A DNA stretch of 64,000 nucleotides from an uncultured Clostridium sp. (GTDB taxonomy: Bacteria > Bacillota > Clostridia > Lachnospirales > Lachnospiraceae): assembly GCA_946498245.1 (NCBI GenBank), contig CAMMNN010000002.1, positions 56,898 through 120,897 of the forward strand. Direction: 5' to 3'. Positions within the stretch are counted from its first letter, which is position 1, and each line of letters starts with the position of its first letter. Below, one piece after another: positions 55,364-64,000 of this stretch. The translations under genes were made by a program, and so were the position numbers. Below the pieces are notes generated by a model. That model did not search any database and was not told the origin of the DNA. It saw only the letters and a list, made by a program, of their open reading frames with translations.

Positions 55364-56269
55364 ATGGAATCCAACACTTCCAACATACCCCTGGTCATCT
55401 CCCCTAAAAAAACCGGTTATTTCGTCACCACAACCTATCGGGTCATGGATTACATTAACCGTCAGACCAACGATCTGGTACTCACCTGCTGCGGACGGGA
55501 ACACTTCGTCAAATTCAAAAAGTTTGGTCCGGAAGCCCGCCCCGGATACCACGTACACTTTATCCTTTCCGGCAGCGGCTATCTTCAGATAGAGGCCGCC
55601 CCCCCTATCCGGTTGTCAAGGGGGCAGATTTTCGTTGTCCGTCCCGGTGTCATTACTTCCTACTGGCCTGATGAAGAGTCTCCCTGGGAATACACCTGGG
55701 TCACTTTCGAAGGAGAGAACGCCGCTTCCTACATGGAAAAAGCCGGGATGCCCGAAGGCGTTTACGTCCGGGATTCTATTCTTCACCCTGAGGATTACTC
55801 CGCCTGTGTTGAAGAAATCCTCAGTGTCCCGGAGCTTACGTTTGCCAACGAATTAAAGCGTACAGGACTGCTGTTTTCCATCCTTTCCCTTTTAATCAGC
55901 TCCTATGCCACCCGTTCTTACGGAACAGCCAATCATTATGACTATTCCCCTAAGGTCTACGTGGCCCATGCTATGGATTTTATTCACCACAACTATTCCC
56001 GCCTGACCATCAATGAACTGGCCAGAAGCATCGGAATCAACCGTTCCTATTTAACCTCCATTTTTAAAAAGGAGGTAGGGGTTTCCCCTCAGGAATACCT
56101 TGTGCAGTACCGGTTGGATCAGGGAGCTAAACGTCTCGCTTCCACCGATACCCCCATTAAAGACATCGCTCAGGACATCGGATATGACAATCCCCTGACA
56201 TTTTCAAAAATCTTTAAATCCCGCTTTGGCTGCAGTCCCCAGGCCTATCGCCAGAACCAGAAAAAATAA
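55364..56269 (+). CDS. AraC family transcriptional regulator
   Basis: N-terminal cupin-like sensor domain. C-terminal double HTH (INELARSIGINRSYLTSIFKK ... IKDIAQDIGYDNPLTFSKIFKSRFG). Confidence 0.9.
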   Translation: MESNTSNIPLVISPKKTGYFVTTTYRVMDYINRQTNDLVLTCCGREHFVKFKKFGPEARPGYHVHFILSGSGYLQIEAAPPIRLSRGQIFVVRPGVITSYWPDEESPWEYTWVTFEGENAASYMEKAGMPEGVYVRDSILHPEDYSACVEEILSVPELTFANELKRTGLLFSILSLLISSYATRSYGTANHYDYSPKVYVAHAMDFIHHNYSRLTINELARSIGINRSYLTSIFKKEVGVSPQEYLVQYRLDQGAKRLASTDTPIKDIAQDIGYDNPLTFSKIFKSRFGCSPQAYRQNQKK

Positions 56270-56283
56270 ATTTACCATCACTG

Positions 56284-56326
56284 AAAAAGACAGCCCGGAA
56301 TGCTACGCACACCGGGCTTATTTCTG
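56284..56326. terminator. Bidirectional terminator between the convergent araC-like gene and the sugar ABC operon
   Basis: AGCCCGG (56292-56298) pairs with CCGGGCT (56312-56318), with T-rich tracts on both strands. Confidence 0.5.
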
Positions 56327-56350
56327 CTTTCAAGCTGCTTTCCAGCTAAA

Positions 56351-57175
56351 TTACAGCTTTCCGCCGGAGGTGGCGATACCTTCGATAAACTGCTTCTGGA
56401 AAATCAGATATAAAACAATCATGGGAACACATGCCAGCAGCGACGCCGCCATAAGCTGGGGGTAATTGTTGCTGTACTGTCCCTGCATTTTTGCCAGAGC
56501 AGCGGACAGCGGCATAACGGTTCTGTTACAAATCAAAGGCCACATCAGGTCTTTGTAAGCGAATACTGCGGTAAAGATTCCCAGTGCCACCATACCGGAA
56601 CGGGTCAGAGGCGCCATAATGTACAGGAAAGTCTGGCCGATGTTGCAGCCGTCCAGACGAGCGGCCTCTTCCAGATCCTTGGGAAGTCCCATATAGGACT
56701 GACGCAGCAGGAAGGTTCCGAAAGCTGTTACCAGACCTGGGAAAATCAGTGCGAAAATCGTATCCAGCACGTGGAGGTTACTTACCATTAAGTACTGGGG
56801 AATGATGAAAATCTGTCCCGGAACCATCATCTGGAACATAACCAGGGAGAACATCAGATTTCTTCCCGGGAATTTCAGTCTTGCAAATGCGTATCCGGCC
56901 ATAGTAGCTGTCAATACGGCGCAGATTACACGGCCTGCAATTAACAGGATGGTATTTAAGTACAACTGCGGGAAGTTCATGTTATTGATTACTTCCGTAA
57001 AGCTGTCGGTTCTCCATACTTCCGGGAAAATAACAAAGGGATCCACGCTGGTAGATTCCGTTACTGTTTTGAAAGCCGTAAGGATCATCCAGATAAAGGG
57101 TACCAACATTGTAATGCTGACCAGAATCAGGATCACATGAATTAAAATATTTACAAGTTTTTCTTTGCGTTCCAT
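56351..57175 (-). CDS. Carbohydrate ABC transporter permease (MalG-like)
   Basis: Start at ATG 57175 after GGGGGAAGGA. Six TM helices with an EAA loop (EAARLDGCNIGQTF). Confidence 0.9.
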   Translation of the reverse strand: MERKEKLVNILIHVILILVSITMLVPFIWMILTAFKTVTESTSVDPFVIFPEVWRTDSFTEVINNMNFPQLYLNTILLIAGRVICAVLTATMAGYAFARLKFPGRNLMFSLVMFQMMVPGQIFIIPQYLMVSNLHVLDTIFALIFPGLVTAFGTFLLRQSYMGLPKDLEEAARLDGCNIGQTFLYIMAPLTRSGMVALGIFTAVFAYKDLMWPLICNRTVMPLSAALAKMQGQYSNNYPQLMAASLLACVPMIVLYLIFQKQFIEGIATSGGKL

Positions 57176-57189
57176 ATTCCTTCCCCCTT

Positions 57190-58146
57190 TTAATTGTAGT
57201 AAACCCATTTCTTCTGAGCGTACATCTGGAATACTGTAATGGCCATGATAATTACCAGAAGCAGAACTACGATGGCGCTTCCCAGACCCTTGTTGTTATT
57301 TACAAAGGAGTACTGGTAGAACAGGTATACTAAAGACTGGGTTTTTGCAAGAGCCGGATTGTTTTTGTCCATTACCATGAAAATCAGGTCAAATACCTGC
57401 AGGGCGCCGATAACTCTCGTTACCGTTACGAAGAAAATCGTCGGCGACAGCAGCGGAACCGTGATATGGAAGAACTGGTAAATTCCGTTGGCGCCGTCAA
57501 TGCTGGAAGCCTCGTAATAGTCTCTGGGGATTTCCTGAAGGCCTGACAGGAACAAAACCATGTTGTAACCGATAATCGACCAAATACCGATAACGGCAAT
57601 GGAGAACACGGCAATCTTCGGATCTGAAATCCAGTTGATATGGGTTCCGAAAAGGTTGTTTAACAGACCGAACTCGGAGTTAAACAGCCAGCGCCATACC
57701 ATAGCTACAGCCGCGGGAGCCGCAACCATAGGCAGGAAGAAAATGGTACGGTAAGCCGATCTGCCTTTCATTTTGCGGTTCAGCAGAACTGCCAGCAAAA
57801 GGGCAATAATAAGAGAGAAGGGAACTTCTACAATGGCGTACTTAAAGGTATTCAGCAAGGACTGCCATACCTCTCCGTCCGTTAAAATCCTTTTGTAGTT
57901 TTCTGCTCCGATAAAAATATTACCCCGTCCGAAATCTCCGGTTTTAAAGAAGCTCTCGTAAATGGTTTTAAAAATCGGGTAAATGTTTAATACAATCAAT
58001 CCGATCATGGTGGGAAGAATAAAAATCCATCCCCATATGCATTCATTCTTTTCTCTGGGCGTCATTTTAAACTTTACTTTCGCCGCTTTTTTATTGTTAT
58101 TTACAACACTCGCCGCGCTTGCCGCATTTTTATCTGTCTTTGCCAC
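57190..58146 (-). CDS. Carbohydrate ABC transporter permease (MalF-like)
   Basis: Polytopic with an EAA loop (EASSIDGANGIYQFFHITVP). GTG 58146 is preferred as the start because it sits 8 nt after AAGGAG. Confidence 0.88.
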   Translation of the reverse strand: MAKTDKNAASAASVVNNNKKAAKVKFKMTPREKNECIWGWIFILPTMIGLIVLNIYPIFKTIYESFFKTGDFGRGNIFIGAENYKRILTDGEVWQSLLNTFKYAIVEVPFSLIIALLLAVLLNRKMKGRSAYRTIFFLPMVAAPAAVAMVWRWLFNSEFGLLNNLFGTHINWISDPKIAVFSIAVIGIWSIIGYNMVLFLSGLQEIPRDYYEASSIDGANGIYQFFHITVPLLSPTIFFVTVTRVIGALQVFDLIFMVMDKNNPALAKTQSLVYLFYQYSFVNNNKGLGSAIVVLLLVIIMAITVFQMYAQKKWVYYN

Positions 58147-58202
58147 GCTAACCACTCCTTTTTATGAAAAGCAAGGGGCTGCCCTGTGGCAGCCCCCGAC
58201 GA

Positions 58203-59519
58203 TTACTGGGCTTCTTCTGCCAGACACTTATTCATGTCTTCAGCCGCTTTCTTGCAGGCTTCTTCCATAGTCGTATTTCCGTTCCATGCCTCTTTTAAGT
58301 CAGCCACTACCATGTTCCACCAGGTCAGGGTTGCTCTGGTTGCCGGCCGGAATACCAGTTCTCCGTTCAGCATATCCAGATAAGGCTGAAGGTTAAATAC
58401 GTCTGTGTTGTTCTTCCACTCGTCAGATACGCCAGTGTAAGCCGCCATGGTAACGCCTAACTGAGCCTGCTTTAACTGCATATCCTTTGTTCCGAACCAT
58501 TCAATCAACTGCCAAGCGCCTTCGGGATTGTCGGTATTGGCATTAGCCGCCCATCCAAGTCCGTTGTAAAGAGAAATCCGCTTGCCGGTTTCCGCATCTT
58601 TGGGAAGAACCGCTACGTCACAGTTTGCCGCTATGTACTCGTTTTCCTTGAACGCCGGAACCATCCAGGAACCCTGGCTCAGCATCGCAATCTTACCAGA
58701 GGAAAGAAGTACGTCCGTACCAGTTTCCGCCATTACCGTTGCCGGAGGCATTGCGTCTTTAATCAGCTTATCTACAAACTCCATGGCTTTAATGGTATTG
58801 GGATCATCCATTCCGGATTTGGTCTTATCCTCTGATAAAACATAGCCGCCCATGGAATAGATAATGTTCATATAACCATCCTGCTCGTTGCTGGGATTCA
58901 TAGCCGTTCCGTACTGGCTGCCGTCCTCTTTGGTCAGCTTTACAGCCGCATCATAGAAGTCATCCCAGGTCCAATCCTCGTTGGGATAGTCCAGACCAGC
59001 TTCGTCAAACATGGTCTTGTTGTACCACAAAGCAATGGTATCAATGTCTTTAGGAATAGCGTAGGTCTTTCCGTCGTACTGATACAGCTCCTTGATCTCA
59101 TCCGGGAACTTATCCATTTCCAGTTTCTCGCTGGCAGCAACCCGATCCGTCAGATCCAGAAGGATACCGTTGGACATATATTTCTGAACTTCATTGGAAT
59201 GCATCCAGAATACATCAGGCATATCGCCGCCGGAAGCGCCTGCCTCCAAAAGCGTCCAATACTGATCCCAGGTAATAACCTGAACCTCAGCCTCGATACC
59301 CGTAGCAGCCGTGAAATCCGCTACAATCTGATCCAAACCTGCCTTCTGTCCGTTGTCCCAGATAGCAACGGTCAGCTTTCCGCCTGCATTGCCGCCGGAA
59401 GAAGCGCCCTCTACGCTTCCTGATGCTTCTGTTCCGCCGGAACCGCCGCAGGCGGCCAGTGAAAGGGCCGTAACACCCGCCAATGCCAGAGCCGTCAGCT
59501 TTTTAACTTTCTTTCTCAT
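58203..59519 (-). CDS. Carbohydrate ABC transporter substrate-binding lipoprotein
   Basis: Signal peptide with lipobox LAACGG, followed by an SBP_bac_1-like sequence. Confidence 0.9.
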   Translation of the reverse strand: MRKKVKKLTALALAGVTALSLAACGGSGGTEASGSVEGASSGGNAGGKLTVAIWDNGQKAGLDQIVADFTAATGIEAEVQVITWDQYWTLLEAGASGGDMPDVFWMHSNEVQKYMSNGILLDLTDRVAASEKLEMDKFPDEIKELYQYDGKTYAIPKDIDTIALWYNKTMFDEAGLDYPNEDWTWDDFYDAAVKLTKEDGSQYGTAMNPSNEQDGYMNIIYSMGGYVLSEDKTKSGMDDPNTIKAMEFVDKLIKDAMPPATVMAETGTDVLLSSGKIAMLSQGSWMVPAFKENEYIAANCDVAVLPKDAETGKRISLYNGLGWAANANTDNPEGAWQLIEWFGTKDMQLKQAQLGVTMAAYTGVSDEWKNNTDVFNLQPYLDMLNGELVFRPATRATLTWWNMVVADLKEAWNGNTTMEEACKKAAEDMNKCLAEEAQ

Positions 59520-59605
59520 ACAATACCTCCGCTTTCATTTACTTTTGTTGCTTTTGTACGCTTTTCATAAATTGATTATATATTTTTTATGCATTTCGGT
59601 ACATG

Positions 59606-59636
59606 GACTCATGTTGCAGAAGTATAGACTCATGTT
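59606..59636. promoter_or_regulatory. Direct repeat GACTCATGTT x2 spaced 21 bp, a candidate AraC-type operator upstream of the sugar ABC operon
   Basis: Exact 10-mers at 59606-59615 and 59627-59636, located 87-117 nt upstream of the SBP start codon. Confidence 0.4.
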
Positions 59637-59706
59637 AGATTTATATAAAACTTACGTCTCCTGAAAAGACTTTTGTGCAATAGGAAATTCTTCTGAATTT
59701 CCCATA

Positions 59707-59740
59707 GAAAAAAAGCCGCTGCAGGATTCCCTGCAGCGGC
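59707..59740 (-). terminator. Rho-independent terminator of the gap-pgk-tpiA operon
   Basis: GCCGCTGCAGG (59715-59725) pairs with CCTGCAGCGGC (59730-59740) across a 4-nt loop, followed on the minus strand by a run of 8 T. Confidence 0.88.
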
Positions 59741-59757
59741 ATGACTGCCAATTGTAT

Positions 59758-60504
59758 TTATTTATAGCAAACGATCTTTCCGAAGTCTGGCTTTAAGGAA
59801 GCGCCGCCTACTAAGCCGCCGTCAATATCCGGCTGGGCGAAAAGCTCTGCAGCGTTTCCGGCATTTACAGATCCGCCGTACTGGATGCGGATTGCTTCTG
59901 CAGTGGCTTCGTCATAGATTTCGCCGATGCAGGCGCGGATTGCTGCGCAGACTTCCTCTGCCTGAGCCGTAGTAGCGGTCTTTCCGGTGCCGATAGCCCA
60001 AATAGGCTCATAAGCGATAACCGTTGTCTTAGCCTGATCTGCCGTTACATTTAAGAAGGCAATCTTAATCTGCTGGCGGATCCAGTCAATGGTGATCCCC
60101 TGCTCTCTCTGGGTCAGAGTCTCGCCGCAGCAGATAATGGGTGTAATCCCGTGTTCCAGAGCTTTTAAGACTTTCTTGTTGACGGTTTCGTCCGTCTCCG
60201 CAAAGTACTCTCTTCTCTCAGAATGGCCGATAATTACGTACTGAACTCCTGCGTCCTTTAACATCTTGGGAGAAATCTCTCCGGTGTAAGCGCCGCTTTC
60301 CTCATAGTACATATTCTCTGCGCCGATATGGATATTGGTTCCCTTTGCAGCTTCCATAGCCGGGATAATGTCAATAGCCGGTACGCAGAATACTACGTCC
60401 GCATCTTCATTTCCAACCAGGGGCTTTAAGGTATTTACCAGTTCAACCGCCTCAGTAGGGGTCATGTTCATTTTCCAGTTTCCCGCAATAATTTTTCTTC
60501 TCAT
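59758..60504 (-). CDS. tpiA: Triose-phosphate isomerase
   Basis: 248-aa ORF with [16 protein letters not shown] and [11 protein letters not shown] motifs. Confidence 0.97.
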   Translation of the reverse strand: MRRKIIAGNWKMNMTPTEAVELVNTLKPLVGNEDADVVFCVPAIDIIPAMEAAKGTNIHIGAENMYYEESGAYTGEISPKMLKDAGVQYVIIGHSERREYFAETDETVNKKVLKALEHGITPIICCGETLTQREQGITIDWIRQQIKIAFLNVTADQAKTTVIAYEPIWAIGTGKTATTAQAEEVCAAIRACIGEIYDEATAEAIRIQYGGSVNAGNAAELFAQPDIDGGLVGGASLKPDFGKIVCYK

Positions 60505-60535
60505 AGCGTTACCCTCTCTTAATTTTTAGGAATCC

Positions 60536-61741
60536 TTATTTATCGTTTGCAGCCGCTACTCCCGGAAGCTCCTTGCCCTCTAAAAATTCCAGAGATGCGC
60601 CGCCGCCAGTGGAGATATGGCTCATCTTATCGCCAAAGCCCAACTGATTAACTGCTGCTGCGGAATCGCCGCCGCCAATAATGGTAGTTGCGTCGGTTTC
60701 TGCCAGGGCCTTTGCTACGGCAATGGTTCCAGCCGCCAGAGTCGGGTTCTCAAATACGCCCATGGGTCCGTTCCAAACAACGGTTTTCGCGGATTTTGCT
60801 GCGTCTGCGTACAGTTTTGCAGTTTCCGGTCCAATATCCACGCCCTCTTTGTCTGCAGGAATGGCGTCTACGGAAACAACTTCCGTATCAACGGGTGCGT
60901 CAATGGGATTGGGGAACTCGGATACCAGTACGGTGTCAACGGGAAGCAGCAGCTTCTTACCCAGCTTCTCCGCCTTTTCAACCATCTCTCTGCAGTAGTC
61001 GATCTTGCTGTCGTCTACCAGAGATTTGCCGATTTCCTTGCCCTGAGCCTTTAAGAAGGTGTATGCCATACCGCCGCCGATAATCAGGGTGTCGCATTTC
61101 TCCAGAAGGTTGGAAATAACGTTTAATTTATCTGCAACCTTAGCGCCGCCCAGAATTGCAACGAAGGGGCGAACCGGATTTTCAACGGCATTGCCCAGGA
61201 AATCGATCTCTTTCTGCATTAAGTAGCCGACTACAGCCGTATCAACGTACTGGGTAACGCCTACGTTGGAGCAGTGAGCTCTGTGGGCGGTACCAAATGC
61301 GTCGTTTACATATACGTCGCACAGGGAAGCCAGATCTTTGCTGAACTCCTCGCCGTTCTTTGTCTCTTCCTTGCGGTAGCGGGTGTTCTCCAGAAGGATT
61401 ACATCGCCGTCCTGCATAGCCTCAACGGCTGCTTTTGCATTGGGGCCCACAACTTCTGGATCCGCTGCAAACTTTACTTCCTGGCCTAACAGCTCGGAAA
61501 GTCTTACGGCTACGGGAGCTAAAGACAGTTCCGGCTTCGGCTCTCCTTTGGGTTTCCCTAAGTGGGAGCAAAGAATCACTTTTCCGCCGTCAGCAATCAG
61601 TTTCTTAATCGTAGGCAGAGCGGCTACCAGACGGTTTTCATCGGTAATCTTTCCTTCCTTTAACGGTACGTTAAAATCGCATCTGCAAAGAACGCGTTTT
61701 CCTTTTACATTAATATCATCAACAGATTTTTTGTTAAGCAT
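60536..61741 (-). CDS. pgk: Phosphoglycerate kinase
   Basis: Start at ATG 61741 ([18 protein letters not shown]) after AAAGGAG. RCDFNVP and GGGDS motifs. The longer ORF runs through a terminator hairpin. Confidence 0.96.
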   Translation of the reverse strand: MLNKKSVDDINVKGKRVLCRCDFNVPLKEGKITDENRLVAALPTIKKLIADGGKVILCSHLGKPKGEPKPELSLAPVAVRLSELLGQEVKFAADPEVVGPNAKAAVEAMQDGDVILLENTRYRKEETKNGEEFSKDLASLCDVYVNDAFGTAHRAHCSNVGVTQYVDTAVVGYLMQKEIDFLGNAVENPVRPFVAILGGAKVADKLNVISNLLEKCDTLIIGGGMAYTFLKAQGKEIGKSLVDDSKIDYCREMVEKAEKLGKKLLLPVDTVLVSEFPNPIDAPVDTEVVSVDAIPADKEGVDIGPETAKLYADAAKSAKTVVWNGPMGVFENPTLAAGTIAVAKALAETDATTIIGGGDSAAAVNQLGFGDKMSHISTGGGASLEFLEGKELPGVAAANDK

Positions 61742-61765
61742 GGGACTGACTCCTTTCATTCTCAT

Positions 61766-61790
61766 AAAAAAGTGTGCGCTTGGCGCACAC
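61766..61790 (-). terminator. Second intrinsic terminator (possible attenuator) immediately upstream of pgk
   Basis: On the minus strand: GTGTGCGC-CAA-GCGCACAC followed by TTTTTT, ending 24 nt before the pgk ATG. Confidence 0.6.
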
Positions 61791-61890
61791 TCGCGCCAGA
61801 GCGCGGCTGCGTCAGCAGCCATATTCCCTTGCGCAGCGTGCGCCTCCCGCGAAGCGTTTTTCATTTCATAGAAACGAAGTTTCCTATGAA

Positions 61891-61926
61891 ATAAATAAAA
61901 AGGATCCGGTCCATAAGACCGGACCC
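61891..61926 (-). terminator. Rho-independent terminator after gap
   Basis: On the minus strand: GGGTCCGGTC-TTATG-GACCGGATCC followed by TTTTTATTTAT, beginning 18 nt after the gap stop. Confidence 0.8.
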
Positions 61927-61943
61927 TTTAGGTCAAAGGTTCA

Positions 61944-62975
61944 TTATGCTAATTCAGCAAAATATTTAATGGTTCTTACCATCTGGCTGGTATAGGAGTT
62001 CTCGTTGTCATACCATGAAACAACCTGTACCTCGTATAAGTCATCGCTGATCTTGGAAACCATAGTCTGAGTAGCATCGAACAGAGAGCCGTATCTCATG
62101 CCGATAACGTCAGAAGAAACGATAGGATCCTCGTTGTAGCCGAAGGACTCGCAAGCTGCTGCCTTCATAGCTGCGTTGATGCCTTCAACGGTAACGTCTG
62201 CGCCCTTAACAACAGCGGTTAAGATGGTGGTGGAACCGGTAGTAACCGGAACACGCTGTGCGGAACCGATGAGCTTGCCGTTTAATTCCGGAATAACCAG
62301 GCCGATTGCTTTTGCAGCGCCGGTGGAGTTGGGAACGATGTTAGCAGCGCCGGCTCTTGCTCTTCTTAAATCGCCCTTTCTGTGGGGGCCGTCCAGAATC
62401 ATCTGGTCGCCGGTGTATGCATGGATGGTGCTCATGATACCGGACTGAATGGGAGCATAGTCATTTAATGCCTTTGCCATAGGAGCCAGACAGTTGGTGG
62501 TGCAGGAAGCTGCAGAAATAATCTGATCGTCCTTGTCCAGAGTCTTCTCATTTACGCTGTATACGATGGTCTTTAAGTCATTGCCTGCCGGTGCGGAGAT
62601 AACAACCTTCTTTGCGCCTGCGGTAACGTGAGCCATAGCCTTGTCCTTCTTGCAGTAGAAGCCTGTACACTCCAGAACTACGTCTACGCCCAGTTCTCCC
62701 CAAGGAAGGTCTGCTGCGTTGGGTTCTTTGTAAATGGTAATGGTCTTGCCGTCAACAATGATGCAGCCCTCGCCTGCCTCTACAGTATGCTTGCCTTCGC
62801 CAATGTGGCCGCAGTAACCGCCCTGAGCAGTATCATACTTTAACAGGTTAGCCAGCATCTTCGGATCAGTTAAGTCGTTAATTGCAACAACGTCATATCC
62901 CTCTGCTCCAAACATCTGTCTGAATGCCAGACGACCGATACGGCCAAAACCATTGATTGCTACTTTTACTGCCAT
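61944..62975 (-). CDS. gap: Type I glyceraldehyde-3-phosphate dehydrogenase
   Basis: 343-aa ORF with INGFGRIGR and the catalytic SCTTNC motif ([10 protein letters not shown]). Confidence 0.97.
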   Translation of the reverse strand: MAVKVAINGFGRIGRLAFRQMFGAEGYDVVAINDLTDPKMLANLLKYDTAQGGYCGHIGEGKHTVEAGEGCIIVDGKTITIYKEPNAADLPWGELGVDVVLECTGFYCKKDKAMAHVTAGAKKVVISAPAGNDLKTIVYSVNEKTLDKDDQIISAASCTTNCLAPMAKALNDYAPIQSGIMSTIHAYTGDQMILDGPHRKGDLRRARAGAANIVPNSTGAAKAIGLVIPELNGKLIGSAQRVPVTTGSTTILTAVVKGADVTVEGINAAMKAAACESFGYNEDPIVSSDVIGMRYGSLFDATQTMVSKISDDLYEVQVVSWYDNENSYTSQMVRTIKYFAELA

Positions 62976-63028
62976 GATTCATTTCCTCCTATTGAAAAAC
63001 TTGTTAAATATTAATCAACCTATCGTTT

Positions 63029-63057
63029 ATTGTACAAAATTTTCCCGGAAATAGCAA
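63029..63057 (-). promoter_or_regulatory. Sigma-A type promoter of gap
   Basis: On the minus strand: TTGCTA (63057-63052), 17-nt spacer, TACAAT (63034-63029). Confidence 0.6.
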
Positions 63058-63132
63058 GCCCTTTTTTGAAAATACTGTTACGTTTTTGCGACTGTTCTGT
63101 CAGGTCTTTTTCTTCCCTTTCCGCGCTTTTTC

Positions 63133-63160
63133 TTGCCTTTCCCTCAAGATTTGTTATACT
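63133..63160 (+). promoter_or_regulatory. Sigma-A type promoter of the PHP phosphatase gene
   Basis: TTGCCT (63133-63138), 16-nt spacer, extended -10 TGtTATACT (TATACT = 63155-63160). Confidence 0.5.
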
Positions 63161-63194
63161 GGAATATATCCCTTCAGGAAAGGCAGGTTTTTAT

Positions 63195-63998
63195 ATGTAT
63201 ATCACCGACACCCATGTCCACACGGAATTTTCGGCCGATTCTTCCGCCCCTGTCCGCAGCCAGATTGAGCAGGCCCTCCATTTGGGAATGACGGAAATCT
63301 GCATTACGGATCATCACGATCCCGATACCCCTTTTACGGATCTGGATTTTACGCTGGATCTGGAACAGTACGTTCCGGCCATGGAAGCCATACGGGAAGA
63401 ATATAAAGGAAAAATCCGGGTTCTCATTGGCATTGAGCTGGGGCTTCAGGCCCACATTGCGGATCTGCTGGCCTCTGTTGCCGCCAACTATCCCTTTGAC
63501 TACATTATCGGTTCCAGCCATTTCGTAGACGGGGCGGATCCCTATGATCCTTCCTTTTTTGAGGGCTGGTCCCAAAAGGAAGCTCTGGAACGCTATTTTG
63601 AGGCCACCCTGAACCGGGTCCGTACCATTCCGGATTTTGACAGCCTGGGCCATTTGGACTACGTCGTCCGGTACAGCCCCAGCAAAAACCGCTTTTATTC
63701 TTATGATCAGTACCGGGATTTCATCGATCCCATTCTGTCCGCCCTCATTGAACAGGGAAAGGGGCTGGAATGCAATACCGGCGGGTATAAGTACGGCCTG
63801 GGACAGCCCAATCCCTCTGCCGACATTCTGAAGCAGTACCGGAAAATGGGCGGCGAAATCGTCACCATTGGCTCTGACGCCCACGAGCCCCGCCATCTGG
63901 GATACTCCTTTTCCCAGGCTCAGGAGCTTTTGAAGGAATGCGGTTTCCGCTATTATGCCGTTTACCACGGCCGAAAGCCCTGTTTTTATGCGCTGTAA
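63195..63998 (+). CDS. PHP-domain histidinol-phosphatase family protein (HisJ-like)
   Basis: Start at ATG 63195 (MYITDTHVHTEFSADS). PHP metal-binding His/Asp blocks (DTHVHT, ITDHHD, GSSHF, LGHLDY, GSDAH). Confidence 0.88.
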   Translation: MYITDTHVHTEFSADSSAPVRSQIEQALHLGMTEICITDHHDPDTPFTDLDFTLDLEQYVPAMEAIREEYKGKIRVLIGIELGLQAHIADLLASVAANYPFDYIIGSSHFVDGADPYDPSFFEGWSQKEALERYFEATLNRVRTIPDFDSLGHLDYVVRYSPSKNRFYSYDQYRDFIDPILSALIEQGKGLECNTGGYKYGLGQPNPSADILKQYRKMGGEIVTIGSDAHEPRHLGYSFSQAQELLKECGFRYYAVYHGRKPCFYAL

Positions 63999-64000
63999 CA

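Noticed and set aside
59555-59568. cre-like sequence (TGTACGCTTTTCAT) upstream of the sugar ABC operon
   Set aside because: The central CG and flanking positions do not align with the TGWAANCGNTNWCA consensus on either strand without an indel.
61742-61864. N-terminal 41-codon extension of the pgk ORF
   Set aside because: The extension runs through the GTGTGCGC/GCGCACAC terminator hairpin. The internal ATG at 61741 has an AAAGGAG SD and gives the canonical PGK N-terminus.
63174-63968. 264-aa ORF antisense to the PHP phosphatase gene
   Set aside because: Same reasoning. The sense strand carries clear PHP metal-binding blocks, while the antisense product is low-complexity with no SD or recognisable domain.
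1-64000. Search for CRISPR arrays, tRNA/rRNA genes, IS elements, integrases, group II introns and retron/DGR-type reverse transcriptases
   Set aside because: I saw no regularly spaced direct repeats, no tRNA-like T-arm or acceptor patterns in intergenic regions, and no ORF with transposase, integrase or RT motifs. No mobile element is called, even for the AT-rich islets.

Overview
This looks like a densely coded chromosomal segment from a spore-forming Firmicute, Clostridia or Lachnospiraceae-like judging by gene content and moderately GC-rich coding by eye. I support about 60 protein genes. I recognised no rRNA, tRNA, CRISPR array, transposase or integrase. Conserved backbone blocks: (i) hemW-lepA-spoIIP-gpr on the minus strand, divergent from rpsT (1.3-7.3 kb); (ii) holA-comEC plus a GerM-like lipoprotein, an orphan histidine kinase, DegV and an ABC exporter (30.5-39.2 kb); (iii) gap-pgk-tpiA (59.7-63.0 kb). 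Accessory modules sit between them: a solitary Fic gene; a Cu/Zn SOD; a two-component system followed by an ABC transporter whose permease is fused to an M1 (HEXXH) peptidase domain; an AT-richer islet with an orphan lipoprotein and two type II toxin-antitoxin pairs (Phd/ParE, DinJ/YafQ); a 9-gene catabolic/uptake operon of unknown substrate; MarR-MFS; an RpiR regulator divergent from a ManD-type enolase-superfamily dehydratase; and a raffinose-type locus. The catabolic operon holds two cupins, an AGE epimerase, a NitT/TauT-type importer with 2 ATPases and 2 permeases, an M24 hydrolase and an SDR. The raffinose-type locus holds two GH36 alpha-galactosidases flanking a GH13 enzyme, plus YesL, AraC and a sugar ABC importer. 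The strongest candidate for an undescribed system is a Dlt-like envelope-acylation cluster at 41.7-48.2 kb. It has a carrier protein, an MBOAT and a membrane-anchored SGNH protein, but an FkbH-type HAD-IIIC loader in place of a DltA adenylase. A cell-wall-binding transglutaminase-like protein, a small secreted protein and a cytoplasmic M15 peptidase flank it. A second notable signal is an identical 18-bp palindromic site upstream of both the ManD-like gene and the distant catabolic operon, which suggests one RpiR regulon. All calls come from reading the sequence and ORF translations; no database search was run.
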